This document shows, piece after piece, positions 35,352-49,300 of a stretch of DNA of 64,000 nt (within the stretch, counting starts at the first letter, position 1; the number at the start of each line of letters is the position of its first letter). The notes under the pieces were generated by a model. The model had not been told where the DNA came from, searched no databases, and saw only the letters and a list, made by a program, of their open reading frames with translations. This DNA comes from Setoptus koraiensis (taxonomy: Eukaryota > Animalia > Arthropoda), in the NCBI GenBank assembly GCA_048013815.1, contig CM106586.1, forward strand, positions 14,012,001 to 14,076,000, given 5' to 3'. The position numbers were made by a program, and so were the translations under genes.

Positions 35352-38300
35352 CGCGATAGGTAGCGGTGCGACAAAAATTGACATGAGTGCCCACGGCAGC
35401 GCCTCACTTGACCTTCAATTTGTTGTGGCTTGTTGTGAGTGCTCGAACGTGTCAGCCCGTGCGCGGGCCCCGTGTTGGGGGCCCCGTGCACGGGCTGACA
35501 CTGTTCGACTGTAGAGGGGCCGCGTGGGGCGAGCAAGCCATATCTGGCATGCTAATGTGGGCGCTGCGCCGACTAATGTGCGCGAGTGTCATTACACATG
35601 AGTCGCATTATGATAATGTTAATAATAACAGCACAGGTAGCGGGTAATAATAATAAACAAACACAACCCCAGACGCACTATCAAATGCACGACCATATGA
35701 CTCGCTAGTCACCGGCGGCTAGTACCCGCGGACCGCGCCTGGTACCGGTGGCCGCGCCACACACCGACACGGCCGCTAGGCGCCGCTCGGGCCGTGCCGC
35801 CTAGCCGGCACAGGTTGTGCGACACACCATTTAGATGGCTCAGCCCGCTGGTGGACAGCTCGAAAGTGGATCAAGTGCAACTCTTGTTAGCCAATTTGTG
35901 GTTGCGACAATGGCCGCCAGGCGCGCAAACGAGGCCCGCTTGTTATGGTGGAACCTACCACGCTGGCACACCGACAGCCATTTGACCGGCTGACACATAT
36001 TGTCACGGACGAGCTTAAGTGCAGCCTAATCTGGTCTCTAATGTAGTCGAGTGTCTACTTCCGGCTTTCCGTCACACACACACACACGGGCCCGCTAAGC
36101 CGGCCAATATATCGATGGGCCGCCATGGATACGTTGCCCGGCCGATCATGTGGTGTCAGTTGGCGCCGTTGAGCGCCAACTAATAACGTTTCTGTCGCCG
36201 AGACGCTCGCAACCGGCAAACGGCGGGCGATCGCCGGGCGACCGGCCGCCGACCGACAACTGGCAGCCGGCCGGGTTCCGGCCAAGCGCGCTTGGCGAGC
36301 CGCAACTTGTTTAGCGAGCGCTCCGGCGGCGCGCGGCTCGCAACTGTTGTCGCTGTTTTGTTTATCTCGCTTTTTTGCTTTGTTTTTTGCCATTCGTTTC
36401 TGTTTTATCCGCTGCGTCGTCCGCTGTCGTTGTTATCGTTGGCTCGTTACGTTTCGTTTCGCATTGGCGGCGCTCGGTGTGTTTCACTCTGGGCCGCGTC
36501 GGATCGGCGCGGCGCGGCCCGGCCTCGAGCTTCAATTTAGCCGGCTCTCGATGCGCCTGCCTAGCTAGTCGCTCGCTGAGTTTCTCGCCGGCGTCGTTTC
36601 GTTTCGTTTAGTCTCGTTTCGACTCGTCCCGTCGCGCCCCATCTCGTCTCGCCGTCTCAGTGCGTTTTGACGCGACGCGGCTCGTCTCGTTTCGGCCTGT
36701 CGTTTCGCCATTGTGTGGGCCCTGGGCGTTGTTTCGCTCGGCAACAAGCGCTCGGCTGTTGCCTCGAACTGCCGCCTCCGCCGAGGCCGCTGTTGGCGCT
36801 GTTGTTGCTGTTGTTGTTGTTGCGACTGCCGCGAATATCGCCGTTACAGCTGCCACAACTGGCTGGCTGCCGCTCGCCCGTTCGCCCTGTTCGCTCCACT
36901 TGAGTCTCGCCATTCGACGGCCCCCTCGCTCGCTCGTCATTTTATTTTATCCGTTCGCAGCGAGCAACCTTTTGTCACTGGCTGCTGCCACGAAACAGCG
37001 CCATGACAGCGCCGCCTCGCCTGTCTGGTGCGGCCGCGGCTGCCATGCCAAACGGGCCGGCGCCGAGCAAACACTCACTTGACAATATAAATATAACTTG
37101 CCAACTGAATATACATTGTTGGTGTCTATTCGCTGTTTGCCGTCTCAATATAGACGGATATTATAATATCCACACACATACACACACACATAAATACATG
37201 TGCGCCACTTGAGCCCGACGACCGCCGACCCGGCCGACACTGGCAGCCATTTAAATATGCACCGCATATCCACGTGGCCGGGGCGCCCCATCGCTGCGAA
37301 ATATGAAATTATCGCCCTCGCCAGCGCGAATATCCGCGCCGCGCCGCACTGCGCCGAGCCAATATCCGAGCGGCTGATTGGGGCCGATGCAGAGCCGGAG
37401 ACGCGGCCGCAACGAGCGCGGGCTCTGTTGTTTTGCTGGCTAGTTAGCCTGTTGTTGACTCATCGTGAGTGCCAGCGCAATAAGTGTTGCTGTCTCGCCA
37501 AAATGCGCCCCCAGTCAATAGCCGGGGCGGCTCGTCACTCGTCGCAGCGCCACTCCACTTGTGTGCGCCTCTGTCATCATTGTCTCTAACCTTCAGCAAG
37601 CTTAATTTGCCAAGCTAGTGGGATTTATCCAATATAAATGCTGATGCGGCGCGCAAACAAACAACAATGGCTTGATGTGTCTTTGTTGTGTGTGTGTGTG
37701 TGTTAAAAGTGGATAAAACCATAGATAATTTGACAGCTCAACTCTTAATCTTGCCATCCAAACAAGCCGGCCGGCATCAGCAGGCCAACAGATGGCGCCA
37801 CAGTAGCGGGCAATCGTTGCTTCAACGAACGGCCACTAGGAGGCGCTGTGCCATCGACCACTTCCGCCAATTGATCGATGGCACGTATCTAAACAATACA
37901 ATTTGCCAATTTTTTGGTTTGCGGCTTTGTGAGAGAGCTCATTTGCTCATTTGCTCGAGCTGCCGAGCTCGACAGTGTTTGTGTCATATCTCAGGCCGTG
38001 TGTGATGTTAAATTGAATGGTGAAGATATTCAACAAGGAAGAATTTTGGCCGACAAAGTGAGAGCAAGCACAAGATTTTTCTGATCCCCTCAGACACCGG
38101 TGTCTCGATTGTTGTGTGACGGGCCCATGAGGCTGTTGATTAAGTTTTCAATCAAGATGTGCGTTCGGGAGAGAGCAACGAACGGAAGGGGCCGGCTGCC
38201 GCTGCCACTTAAACTAAATTGGAATCTAAATTAGAATCTAAATTAGAATGTCATGCGATGTGATTGTGATTAGCATGACTGGCTGGACGTTTTAGCTGCG

Positions 38301-38997
38301 AGCGTGGCAATAATTCAGGCGAGAGACGAGATTTGGTCTAGATTAGAGGAGCAGCGGCGCGGGCGCGGGCGCCAATTTGTTGTACGTGCACCCGAAGAGG
38401 GGGTCGCCGTGATGAAGAAACTAGACCGGCTATGTGTATTTGCGTGTGTGTGTGTGTGTGCGTGTTTGTGTTAAAACAATTACGTGACGTAAGTTGCTAA
38501 AATGCCCCCAACTTAATTTCATTTTAGTTGAAACTTGTACAGTTGTTGTGCGCCGGCGAGCGCCCCCTCCGACGAGCCAGGTTTGGCAGCGCCCGCGGTC
38601 CCCACAGTCCAATAGATGACAAGCCATGACAATTTGTATTACGTAACACGGCAGACAGACGGCGGACAGTTGGACTGTGAGCTGGCTGACTGACTGACTG
38701 ACTGACTGGCTGGCTGACTGGCTGGCAGACAGACGGGGAGACGGACAGACAAATTAAACAGCAAATGTTGTGCGAAATTTGCCCAGTTGACGGCGCGCCA
38801 GCAGCAGCGTCAGCGACCGACAAATTAGTCGCATGGTCACATAGTGCCAGTTCCATTGTCCAGTTTTGGGCACCGGGGGCCCCCAAAACTGGAAGCCAAC
38901 AGGCGACGAGCCCACCAGCAGACAGGGCTAATTGACGCGCTATTGGCCTGTCCATTATCTACTGCAAACACATGTCAGGCGCACGTTGGAGGGCGCC

Positions 38998-39059
38998 ACT
39001 GGACTCCAGTGACTGGACTCCAGTGACTGGACTCCAGTGACTGGACTCCAGTGACTGGA
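38998..39059. repeat. 14-bp tandem repeat of a quasi-palindromic unit, about 4.4 copies
   Basis: Unit ACTGGACTCCAGTG, identical copies. Confidence 0.95.
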
Positions 39060-40086
39060 GAGCCACAGCAGCGGAGGCGCACTGTTTGAGAATGTTGCGC
39101 AAGAATTGTCGACACACAGTGACAGGCTGCCCCGCTGGTCAGTATCAGTTGTTGACTGTGCCATCCGGTTGCACGACACTCCGGCCCGTTACACGAGACA
39201 GACACAGGGCAGCGCGTGCCTGCCACGATGAGGCCGGCGCCGGGCCGGGCCGGAGTGTGCAGCGGCGAGCCTAGTGACACACGGGCCAGTGTCGTCGGCG
39301 GGCCGGCCTGTCGAGACAATCGACACTGGCCTGCAGGCTACACAACAAGCGGCCAACATAAGCGATGGTGGCCAGTGTCGCCAAATTGATGATGTTTGAA
39401 AAGAGGCACGCACTATAGCGACTTTTGCGACTCGCTCGCTCGCCCGCTAGCCGCTGCCACTCTAACCGACGATGGCCGCGCGGGGGCCAGCTCACGACGC
39501 GCGAGCCCGCCAACAAGAGTCAACAGACGCGTGCAAACAACGCGCCACTGACAGACGGCTGGGCCAAGCCGGTGACGAAGACAAGATGGCGCCAGCGCCG
39601 TTTCCAGCCTGACACCAGCTCACACAACGGAGGCCCAGAGAGTAAATAAAGAGCGAGACAAGTGCAATTTTTGCGTGTGTGGGGCCCCCCTCGGCCCGTT
39701 CTTCGCTGGTCGTTTGACGACTACGAGACAACGATTGTAACATGTGCCATGCCGTCATGTGCTATTTCGACATCCGCCACTGGGCCCCAGCGCGCCAGAA
39801 ACTAGCACGAGCCAAAAGCGAGAGGCGAACAAAAAACGTCAAATTCAAATTGATTTGTCGTCATCTTGCGTGCTTGTCACTGGTCCGTGCCGCCGTTGCC
39901 GCCGCTGTTGTTGTTGGTGGTGCTGTCGCGGCTGTTGCGGCTGTTGTTGTTGTCGGCGTCGTTTCGTTGTTGTATATACACGGATGGCAGCAATGAGAAA
40001 TGTGTCGATGGTGTTCGAGGCGACAACCAAACTACCACCGGCTATATGTGCGCCGGTTGTGACTCAATGCTGGCGAACACACCACC

Positions 40087-40262
40087 ACAACTACAACTAC
40101 AACTGCAACTGCAACTACAACTACAACTACAACTACAACTACAACTACAACTACAACTACAACTACAACTACAACTACAACTACAACTACAACTACAACT
40201 ACAACTACAACTACAACTACAACTACAACTACAACTACAACTACAACTACAACTACAACTAC
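40087..40262. repeat. (CAACTA)n hexamer microsatellite, about 29 copies
   Basis: 176 nt, only two CAACTG variants near the left end. Confidence 0.97.
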
Positions 40263-40937
40263 CACTGCGACCAGCGGCACACACAAGGAAAGATGAGGAA
40301 ACACAGAGGGCGCCACGCTAATTGAGCCAACTACACCAACCAGTGAGCTACATTGAGTGGAGCTGACAACGGTTGCGAGTTGGACACACTCTCTAGAAAG
40401 TGGCGCTGTGTCCAGCGATAAGTTTGATCCGGCCAGTGGCCGGCAGAGGAGCTGTGTGTGTGCTACCAGAAACTATAATCATCATTACTCTTGTGAGTTG
40501 TCGGCGGTCATCAACGGCCAGTGCAAGCGAATATGCCCACCAGCCAAAAGTCACGACGAGACAAAAGATAATCTTGCCAGCGAGAGGGCGAGAGTTATTT
40601 ATGTTGCATGGCGAGTGAGTGAAATAAGTGAGAGCGAGAGAGAGAGAGCGAGAGAGAGAGGCTAGAAGAAGTGATATACATGGTGGTATAAAACAAATTT
40701 CGTTGCCACACGAGCGCCCCTTTTGGTCAATATTAAAATAAATGAGCGCGCACTTTTACATTCTCTCTGTGTGTGTCGCTGCCCTCACACTCTGTGGCCA
40801 TCTCCATCTTTTTTCTGCTCTAATGTCCCGACGCTTGCACTGGCTCACAACGTTGATGATGATAATGGCGATCGCTGGCGGTGGTCATCTTGGTCATATT
40901 GCGCATCTAGTGGCGGCAATGAAAAATAGACCATCAG

Positions 40938-41072
40938 CGGCAACAACAACAGCAGCAGCAACAACAGCAGCAGCAACAACAGCAGCAACAACGGCAACAG
41001 CAACAACAACAGCAACAACAACGGCAACAGCAACAACGACGGCAACAGCAACAACGACGGCAACAACAACAA
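40938..41072. repeat. CAA/CAG/CGG trinucleotide tract
   Basis: About 135 nt of mixed CAA-type triplets. Confidence 0.9.
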
Positions 41073-42958
41073 GTCGCCATTGGCGCAACCACAACAACAG
41101 TTTCATTACATTTAATGGTCTCTGTGTCTGTTGTCAGAATAGATATACGCACAGCGCGCCATTCGCAGCGGCTATTTTATCAGATGAGCAATGGATAAAA
41201 TGGGCAAGCAATGAACACACTGACTGGGCAAAGAGCCAAAGTGAAAATGACCAACTGACCAAGTGAACCGACGACTCAACGAGTGCTGAATAACGACTAG
41301 GCGGCGCTTCAATCTGTAGCCATCCGGAGGGAGATACAGCCTGTATCGTACAAGCCAGGGGAGATGCTGGCCAGGCCAGACCGGGCCAACGAGCTTGTGG
41401 GCACTAGTCGAAGAAGGGGAGAACTTGTACTACTGCTGGACACACACTGGGGAGAGAAAGGGAGATCTGGCGGCCAGTTGTTATCACCTAATCACAACAA
41501 ATTAGGTTCAGTGGTCATCATTCACAACAACAGCAACGGCAGCAACTGGCCACTAATAATCCACTGTCACCACCAGCGCTGGCCCTCTATCTGTGCGTGT
41601 GTGCATCACCGCTTGGCAGCTTCCGCTTCCTGACGATGCAAAGGCAACAATCGCCTCGGGCTCTGGCTGTGTGCCGCTTATTGCTTATGACGTCGTTGTA
41701 TAGAGTGCGCTGCATTATACAGTCTGTACAGACCAGCGCGGGCCCCACTGCTGGCCGGTAAAGGGTGATATATGGCTCTGGCCACTGTCTATTTCGGCGG
41801 GCAATTGCGCAACACTGGCCGACAGTGCACACTGCAGCGTATTAGCGAGCCATAATTTGATTTTGAGAATTGCAATTCAAAATTGAACTGGACAAGACAA
41901 CATTGCGATGCTTGCACTTGTGAGCATAGCGCCAACATAGTCGCGGCCTAAACAAATCCAACTAGTCGCCACTGGCCAGTTGCATCCAGCCGGGCGGCCT
42001 ATTTTGTATTTAGGTTGCACCTAAATTTGAATTAGGCCTCCCCTAGTGTAGTCTGGTGTAGCCCAGTGTGGCCCAGTATGCCCTAGTCTGGCCTAGTCTG
42101 GCGCAGTGCGGCCTAGTGTAGTGGAGCACTCTGCCGGCTCACCGGCGCCCGGAGAGTGGCCGACTTACGGGCCCATCATTGGAGGCGCCTTGGAGCGGAA
42201 CAGTGGCTGCTCCGGGGCCCTTTATGGCCCTTTTCGGTGATTTACGGTGCTTTATGGGCCCTTATGAGGGCCGCGCTGGCTGGTGGGCCGGCTTAGCAGC
42301 GCGCCGCGCCGTTCGCGGCCGTTCACACTCGGCCGGTATTAAACAAAATATATGGCCGGCGCCTAAGAGGAAAATTAGCTCTCACTGCTACTCTTCCACT
42401 TCGATTACCTAACATCACATAACTAACTATGCAGCTTGTAAGCTATAACGCGCGCGCGCGCGCGAGCAACATCAATGGGGGCCATATTTGCGGTGAGAAT
42501 AGGCGGAAACAGGGCCCGCCGGCGAGCCCGCTCAGCAGCGGAATCCGATCCGCACCGCACCGCATCGATCCAACGGCCGTCATCCATGGTCATTGGAGCT
42601 GACGATAACTGACTTGTGAATTCTCTTTGCTTGCTCGCAAGCGATGCGATCGGCCGAGCGGGGGGCCCAATGAAGATTCTTCGCTTTTCATTATCACTGC
42701 AAAAGTATCGTTAGTGTCGGTGATCACAGTCGATGCGCCCGTGTTGCACGGCGCCACCCGCGACCCGGCTACCGGCTTGCGACCAATTGGGGCTCCCGGC
42801 GCCAGCTTCCAGCAGAGCACTGGGGCCCGCACAGCGATTGCCACGCTGCACAGCATTGCACAATATCCGGAACACCGGAAAATGGCCCACTACCGGTGCA
42901 GCAGCAGCGGCCGGGTATTACGTAATGCTTGTTTTTTGGCGGCGCCGGCTCCCATTAA

Positions 42959-42959
<1 letters not shown>

Positions 42960-43006
<47 letters not shown>
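42960..43006. repeat. (GT)n microsatellite
   Basis: Uninterrupted GT run of about 47 nt. Confidence 0.95.
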
Positions 43007-43007
<1 letters not shown>

Positions 43008-46000
43008 GGCTTGCGCACGAGCGGCATTGACAAATCGAAAGCGCCGCACAAGTCGGCCCGACGAGTGCGCCGGCGACGACGATATATGACGATTGCCGCG
43101 AGCCGGTAATTATCAATTGGCCGGCGCTTGGCTTACGCCGCTGTCACCGGGCTACGGCCGCCACGGGCTGATTTATGCCCCATGCACGGGAGCGGCGTAC
43201 CCGGCGCGCCCGACATATTAGCACGGCACAAACAGCCAGCATAATTCATAATGGGCCGCGGCCCGTTCGCGGCCGCACCGAACCGTTCACAAGGCCGCCC
43301 ACTGCTGCCATTACCGCCGGCTCACTATTATCCGACGGGCAACGACGGGTGAATCTTGTATCTTGTTGTATCTGTTTGGCTGTCGGTAATTTTGTGTGTG
43401 TGCGTTACTTAGCACGCTTTTCGGGCATTACGTAATGCAGTTGTTTGTATGTGCGATATGATGATGAAATTGGCAGCTACGTCGGTGTCGTCGTTTCTTT
43501 TGCGCGCGCGTCTCGGGTCCGCCGCGCTTTTTATCGTCTCCCCTCGCTGATCGCGGCCCCCTGGCCGCGCTGGGGCCCTGCTTGTCGCGGGCCTACGCTT
43601 GTCGTGTCGCCCCGCGCGCCGCGCGCCGCTTTTTATCGTCGCGCCAGACAAGCAAGACGACGGCGCCAGTTAGTTCAGTTATTAGCTAGAGCTGGAGCTG
43701 GAGCTGGGGCGGTTGTAGCTGGCGCGAGCGGCGCGGATGCCCGTTGGGTGAAAGCCATTGAAATGAAGTTGCCACAAAGGAGGTGGCACGATGAAATATT
43801 GATATTTTCACCGCTTGTCAGCGGCGATGTTGGCTGGCGCGTCGTGCTCGAACGGCGCCCCTCGCCCGCTCTGCCAACGCTGCGCGGGCCCCACTTCGGC
43901 TGCCCGGTCTGGGGCCGGTCGCTCAATGGCTTTGCCTCTAATGGGCACACGGGCGAATGGGGCCGTTTGGGGCCCGCGACGGCTGGCCACGCTGCCAGCA
44001 CGCGAAAAACACAACACATAATCATTGGGGCCGGCAACAAAGAAGCAGCCAGTTGGCGAAATGTGGCTGCCAAAAGAACAAAACGCACCAGCCAGCAGAT
44101 TTAGGCCGAAAAAATCATTTATTCACATCATATACACAAAGGTGCACAACACACCAGAATGGGGCCGGCCAGCAAACTTATCGCGGCTGCCGGCGCGTGC
44201 TGCGCCCCGTCCGGCTGTGCGGGACGCGAGCCGATTTTATCTGCGCTCGCTAGCCGGCCGGCTGTCGATAGACGGACGAAGGGGTATTATCTCGCGGCGG
44301 GCCGGCTCCAATTTGTTTATCAATGGACTCACACACACACACACACATAATAGGCCGCTATATACAAATTGGCATTATGGTGACACACCGACGCACCGAG
44401 GCTCGCCAGCGGATAGGGGGAGCCCGCGCGGAGCAGCTATCCGCTGCGAAGTTGTCCGCCGGCGCCGCCGCTTGGGCACCGCCGGCGCTAATTGTATGTG
44501 GCAGCGGCGGCGGCGGCGGCGGTGCCCTAGCGCGCCACTGGCCCAAATATAATGAATGGGAGGCGGCGCGTCGGGCTCGCATTAGACCACGACGACGACG
44601 ACAACGGCGCGCCGGGTTTAATCAAGCATTACGAATTGGGGAGACGTCAATGAGGCTCGTGCGCCTATGAATCATCTGACGCGCGAATCATGTGACGCGA
44701 ATCGTCTGACGGGCGCGCAAACCATTCGAGGCGCGAATCATGCGAGCCGCGAATCGTGCGAGCCGCGAATCGTGCCAAGGGGGGGGGGCGCCCGTCGTGA
44801 GATTCTCGCAAACCGCGCGCGTACCGCTAGACTGGCGGCGCAAATAGACACTAGTTTAGCGCTAGCCCAGTAGCGGCGCCCGTATGCAGCCGGGATTGCC
44901 CGTGGCCGAAAGCGTTGCCAATTGCGCGCGCGATTCGTTGATTATGTAATCAACTCGTACACTATCATCATGTTGGTTGCCTCATCGGCCAACCGAGCAG
45001 CGGCGCCAGCGGCACCGTCGACAGGCGACCGGCGGCCGGCGAGATTAGGGCCGGGCTTACAAGCTAGTCATGCTAGTAACAAGCATGACTATAATTATCT
45101 TTCCTATCTCGGTCTTGTCTGAAGCCCAGCTAGCCGGCGCTCGACAAGCGCCGGACACGCCGCATCGTCAATCGGGCCGGGCCGGGCCGGGCCGGCCGAC
45201 CGGCCGGCGAGTTAAACCATGCACCATGGATGGGGGCGCCACTTGGAAGCGGATTTGCGCGATAAAGAATAAATTGGCCCAACGGCGAGACCGCTTTTTC
45301 TCGCTCACTGTTCGTTAAATAACTCTCTGGCAGGGCCGACCCACCGGCCCGCACTGCACAGCCAGGCAAATGAGGCCATACGAAAGTTTCAATCGCAACA
45401 ACAACGCAATCCAATACCAACCACCAGCGCGCCTCCAATCATCGCCGCTAGACGCCGCATGATAATAATAATCCTCGAGTGCTAATGAATAGGTGACTAG
45501 GTGCCGTTATCGGCGCTTGGCATAGCGCGACAGCGAGCAACTCGGCCGAGAATAAGAAGACGCAGTGAGTCACAGTGATAATAAATGCGCCTTTTCACGC
45601 CTCCGCGAACAAAAGAGCCAGCCAAAGAATGATGACACTACGATTGTGTCATTGTGGGCCCCTCTGTTCGCGCGTGTCGGTCGCCATTTGTCGCCGCTGA
45701 GCCGTCCGAGCGTCGCCCATGTCGAAGCGGCAGCCGCGGCTGGCCCCAGATTGCAGACACACTTTGCATAGCTGTAATCATGTCAACTGGCTCGCTCGAG
45801 TCAATTACGGCCACCCGCAACTCAACTCCGCGACCTAGCGGCGAAATTGCCTTGGCTGCCCCTGGTGGCGACAAAGCCCACTACCAATGGGCGCTCCTGG
45901 GCGATATTTAGCATGCATATTTAGCATGCTGGTCGCTCGACGCGGCCACAATTGTTGATTGGCTATCGCCAAAACTGTGGCACACACACATTGTCAATTC

Positions 46001-46248
46001 AACTAACACTGTAACACTGAATTCGACCGACACGTTCCAGTTAGTTGAGCGAACGAACGAGAGGGGGCCAACTGGTTGCAGCCGGCATGCAACGAGTTGC
46101 ATTATTCGGCCAGCATGTCAGCACTAACAATTGTAAATGGAGGCGCTTGTCAGCGGGAGGCCGTCGAGTTTTAGCTGCTCGCTCAATTGATAGTCTCGCG
46201 GGTTGTCACATAAGGGCGCACTGGCAGTTGTTACATAACAACAACTAC

Positions 46249-46335
46249 CTGTGAGCCAGCGGCAACACTGGACAGTTGCTCCGACGAGGCCACTGTCCAA
46301 GCAAGAGCGAGGCGCCAGTGTCGCCGCTGGCTCAC
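46249..46335 (-). ncRNA. Candidate mirtron-like hairpin intron (87 nt)
   Basis: Minus strand CAG|GTGAGCCAGCGGCGACACTGG-43 nt-CCAGTGTTGCCGCTGGCTCACAG|G: 21-bp stem with one G.U, splice consensuses exactly at the stem base. No expression evidence and no flanking coding exons found. Confidence 0.35.
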
Positions 46336-49300
46336 CTGAGCCGGCTGATCAATCTCGCAAATAATTGCTTGATGAATGATGGCATTGTTTTTAAAGCGCT
46401 TATCCCTTTAGTGTGCGCTTGTCAGTCTGAACATTAGTTGTCTCGCTGTCGCCGGCTGTGTCGGCCGCGAGATGTAGCCAGCGAAATAGGCTTAAAATAG
46501 GCGCACAACAAAAGGGTTCCACAGACAACAACAATGGGTCGCGCCGAGAGGCGAAAAAGAGATTAATGGACGCATCTCTCCGTCCATTACATAATATATA
46601 ATGTTGATAATGGATAGTACAATATTTATTTTATTATGTTTATGCGCCCATCGGCACCACAAAACGACAGCAGACATGATGTGAATATGTGCGACACGAG
46701 CCTTTGCTCTGTCGCCATTCAGTCAGCGGCTTGTCGCGGCCCAATGAAATCAGTTAATTTGCCATTTATCCATTATCCATTCGTCGCTGTCTTACTGTCA
46801 CCGGCAATGTTGATGTCGTCGCTGTCTATCTATCGACATTGCCGGTGACAGTAGGACCGTTGATTTATATTGTTGGCTCATTGGGGCCGATATGCGACAA
46901 CAGTGCGCCAATCGGTCCCATTGAATTGTGCCATTGCATTGTGTTGTGTATTGGCCAATTTATCTATCTATCTATACGCGCCGGTCGACTCTGACAATAA
47001 CAACGGCATACCAGCCACCACAATAGACGACATAAACGTCACGTAATGAACAATGGACGACACAAAGGCACAAACAAATAAAAAGCATAAATCGGCTTAA
47101 TTGCAGCGATTGTCGCAGCCGACAACAACCACCATTGTGATCCATTGTGATTTGCGCGCGCGCTGGACACGACTATTTATATCAATAATTGTCAAGCTTA
47201 AATATTCAAATTGCTCGTGAATACCGCCCAAATCATTAGTTAATAGACGGCGCTCGCTGCCTGGGGCGCCCAATTACTGTCTATCCATACGATAGCCATA
47301 CCATAGCCATACTGCGCCAACCATAGTTCACACGATTCATTGTTGCCGGCGCCGCGGCACCCCGATCATCGGAGCCCGATGGCTGCCCAATTAATTGTGG
47401 TGGCCCGCGAGCTTCGGCCCGCTCGCTGCCAGATGTCGCTGCAAGCCCGCTCCAAATAGCCGCCTATTCACAATTGGTGAGACACAAATTGACACCGGCC
47501 ACTCCAATTGAGTGACTAGATAACTCTCTCGAGTCAGGCTGATAGTATCAGCCAGTGGCCACAGACAGCCCAGCGACCGGTGCCCGCCGCGAGAGGGCGC
47601 CCGGCCGGCCCGAGCGCCCTGAGCAGCGCACAGCGAGACTGCACAAAGTTGTGAGAGTGGCAGCTAGTTAGCCGGCTAATCGCCGCTGTGAGCCGCCGCC
47701 GTCTTGCTATTTTTATCCATTCGCTCCCTGGCAGCGTCTTGAGTGTGTGTGTGTGTGCGTTCGTTTTATGCTAATTTGAAATTTGTCTGACATTTTCAAA
47801 CTTGTCTCTTTGTGTGCCGCTATCCCGTCTATTGTCTCCTCCTGATTGACTGTTGTTGCGTCGTGTTGCGTTGTGTCGTTATTGCGGTCGCAGTTTTAGC
47901 GGCAGTCTAGACTGTCTAGACGAGCGCAATTTTTTACTGCCAGGCTGCCACTTTTGGCCGGCGTATTATTGATAATTAAGGGCGCATATTATCATTAATA
48001 ATGGTGGGCCATTGTTGTAGCTGCGGCTGACATTGGCACAGAAAGCTGGCCTTGGCGCCCTCTGTGCACCGTGCATTGCGCGCCGGCTGCGCTGCAACGG
48101 CACAGCCAGCGTCGTTGTTTGTTTGCGCTGGCATGTCCGATCTTGGCCATTGTTTCGCGGGCCGTAATGACGCGCGGGTGCCCAACCCGCGCGGGCGCTT
48201 GAAAACCGACCGAAGCGTGCCGCTTGTTTTATTTGTTTTATGTTTGTGAGTTGACAGGATGACGATTTTATTTTTATGCGTACGGGTGTGTTGGGTCGCC
48301 ACTTGTCGGCGCGCTCTTGTCGCTGTGCTGCGCTGCGCGGCGCCGCGCGCACAGTGCGCGCCAAGACGCTGGCTGGCCGCTGACGGAGCGCTGCGCCCGA
48401 CAAGCTCGGCTCGGCTCGGCTCGGCTGGGCTAATTTGTGAGTTTGAATTCTCATGGAATCTAATCCAGTGCCTGCTCTAATGGATGGCGAGCCAAATATG
48501 AGAGCGAGCGAGAGTAAATTCACACAAGCTTGCGACGTAGCTCGCTTGATAATGGCGCTGATTGTGTTGGCGTTGCCTTGGCGACACAGCGCCGACGACA
48601 ACGGCAGCGCCGACGACAACGGCAGCGACGACGACAACAGCGCCAGCAACAGCAGCAACGACAACAGAAGCGGCAGCGCCAACGACGACAACGGCGCCGA
48701 GATTATGAGCTTATTAGCTTGGCAAGCTGATTGGCTGGGCCCAGTGGCAGCCCCAAGTGGCAGTGCCAAATAAGCCGTTGGAATTGCCGCAATTGGCAAG
48801 CTCGGCTGGGCTCGGCTAACAAAAGACTTTCGATGATGTGAGACACACACTGTTTGAAATGGCAAGACGACTCAGCCGAGTTGTGGGTGTTGCAATGTGT
48901 CTCGGTCGAGCTCGAGCCGCAACGTCTCGGCGAGCAGCAAGCCAATAAAAGCGCTCGTAGCTCGTAGCGGCAATTGTTGTTGTACCTATCGGCGGCTGTG
49001 GCTGAGGCTTGCCCACGGCTTGCGATCATGGCGGCATAGGCGGCTACGTCAGCTACGAGCCCGCTCAGCCGGCTTCCAACGGCTTCCACTGGATGCAATG
49101 GCTTCCACTGGCTTCCAATGGATCCGGCGGCTTCGAACGGAATGGCGAAATGGCTGCCAGTCGAACAGGCGGGCTGAGCGGCGACGCCGAATCTGAGCGA
49201 TCTGACAGCGAGCGAGCTCATTATCTGGCTGGCACTTGTTTTGTTTTTTGGCGTTTAGGCGTCGCATGCGGCCCGTCGAGCAGCAATATCTGGCATGTTA

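Noticed and set aside
40087-40262. Interstitial telomeric repeat
   Set aside because: CAACTA/TAGTTG is neither TTAGG nor TTAGGG.
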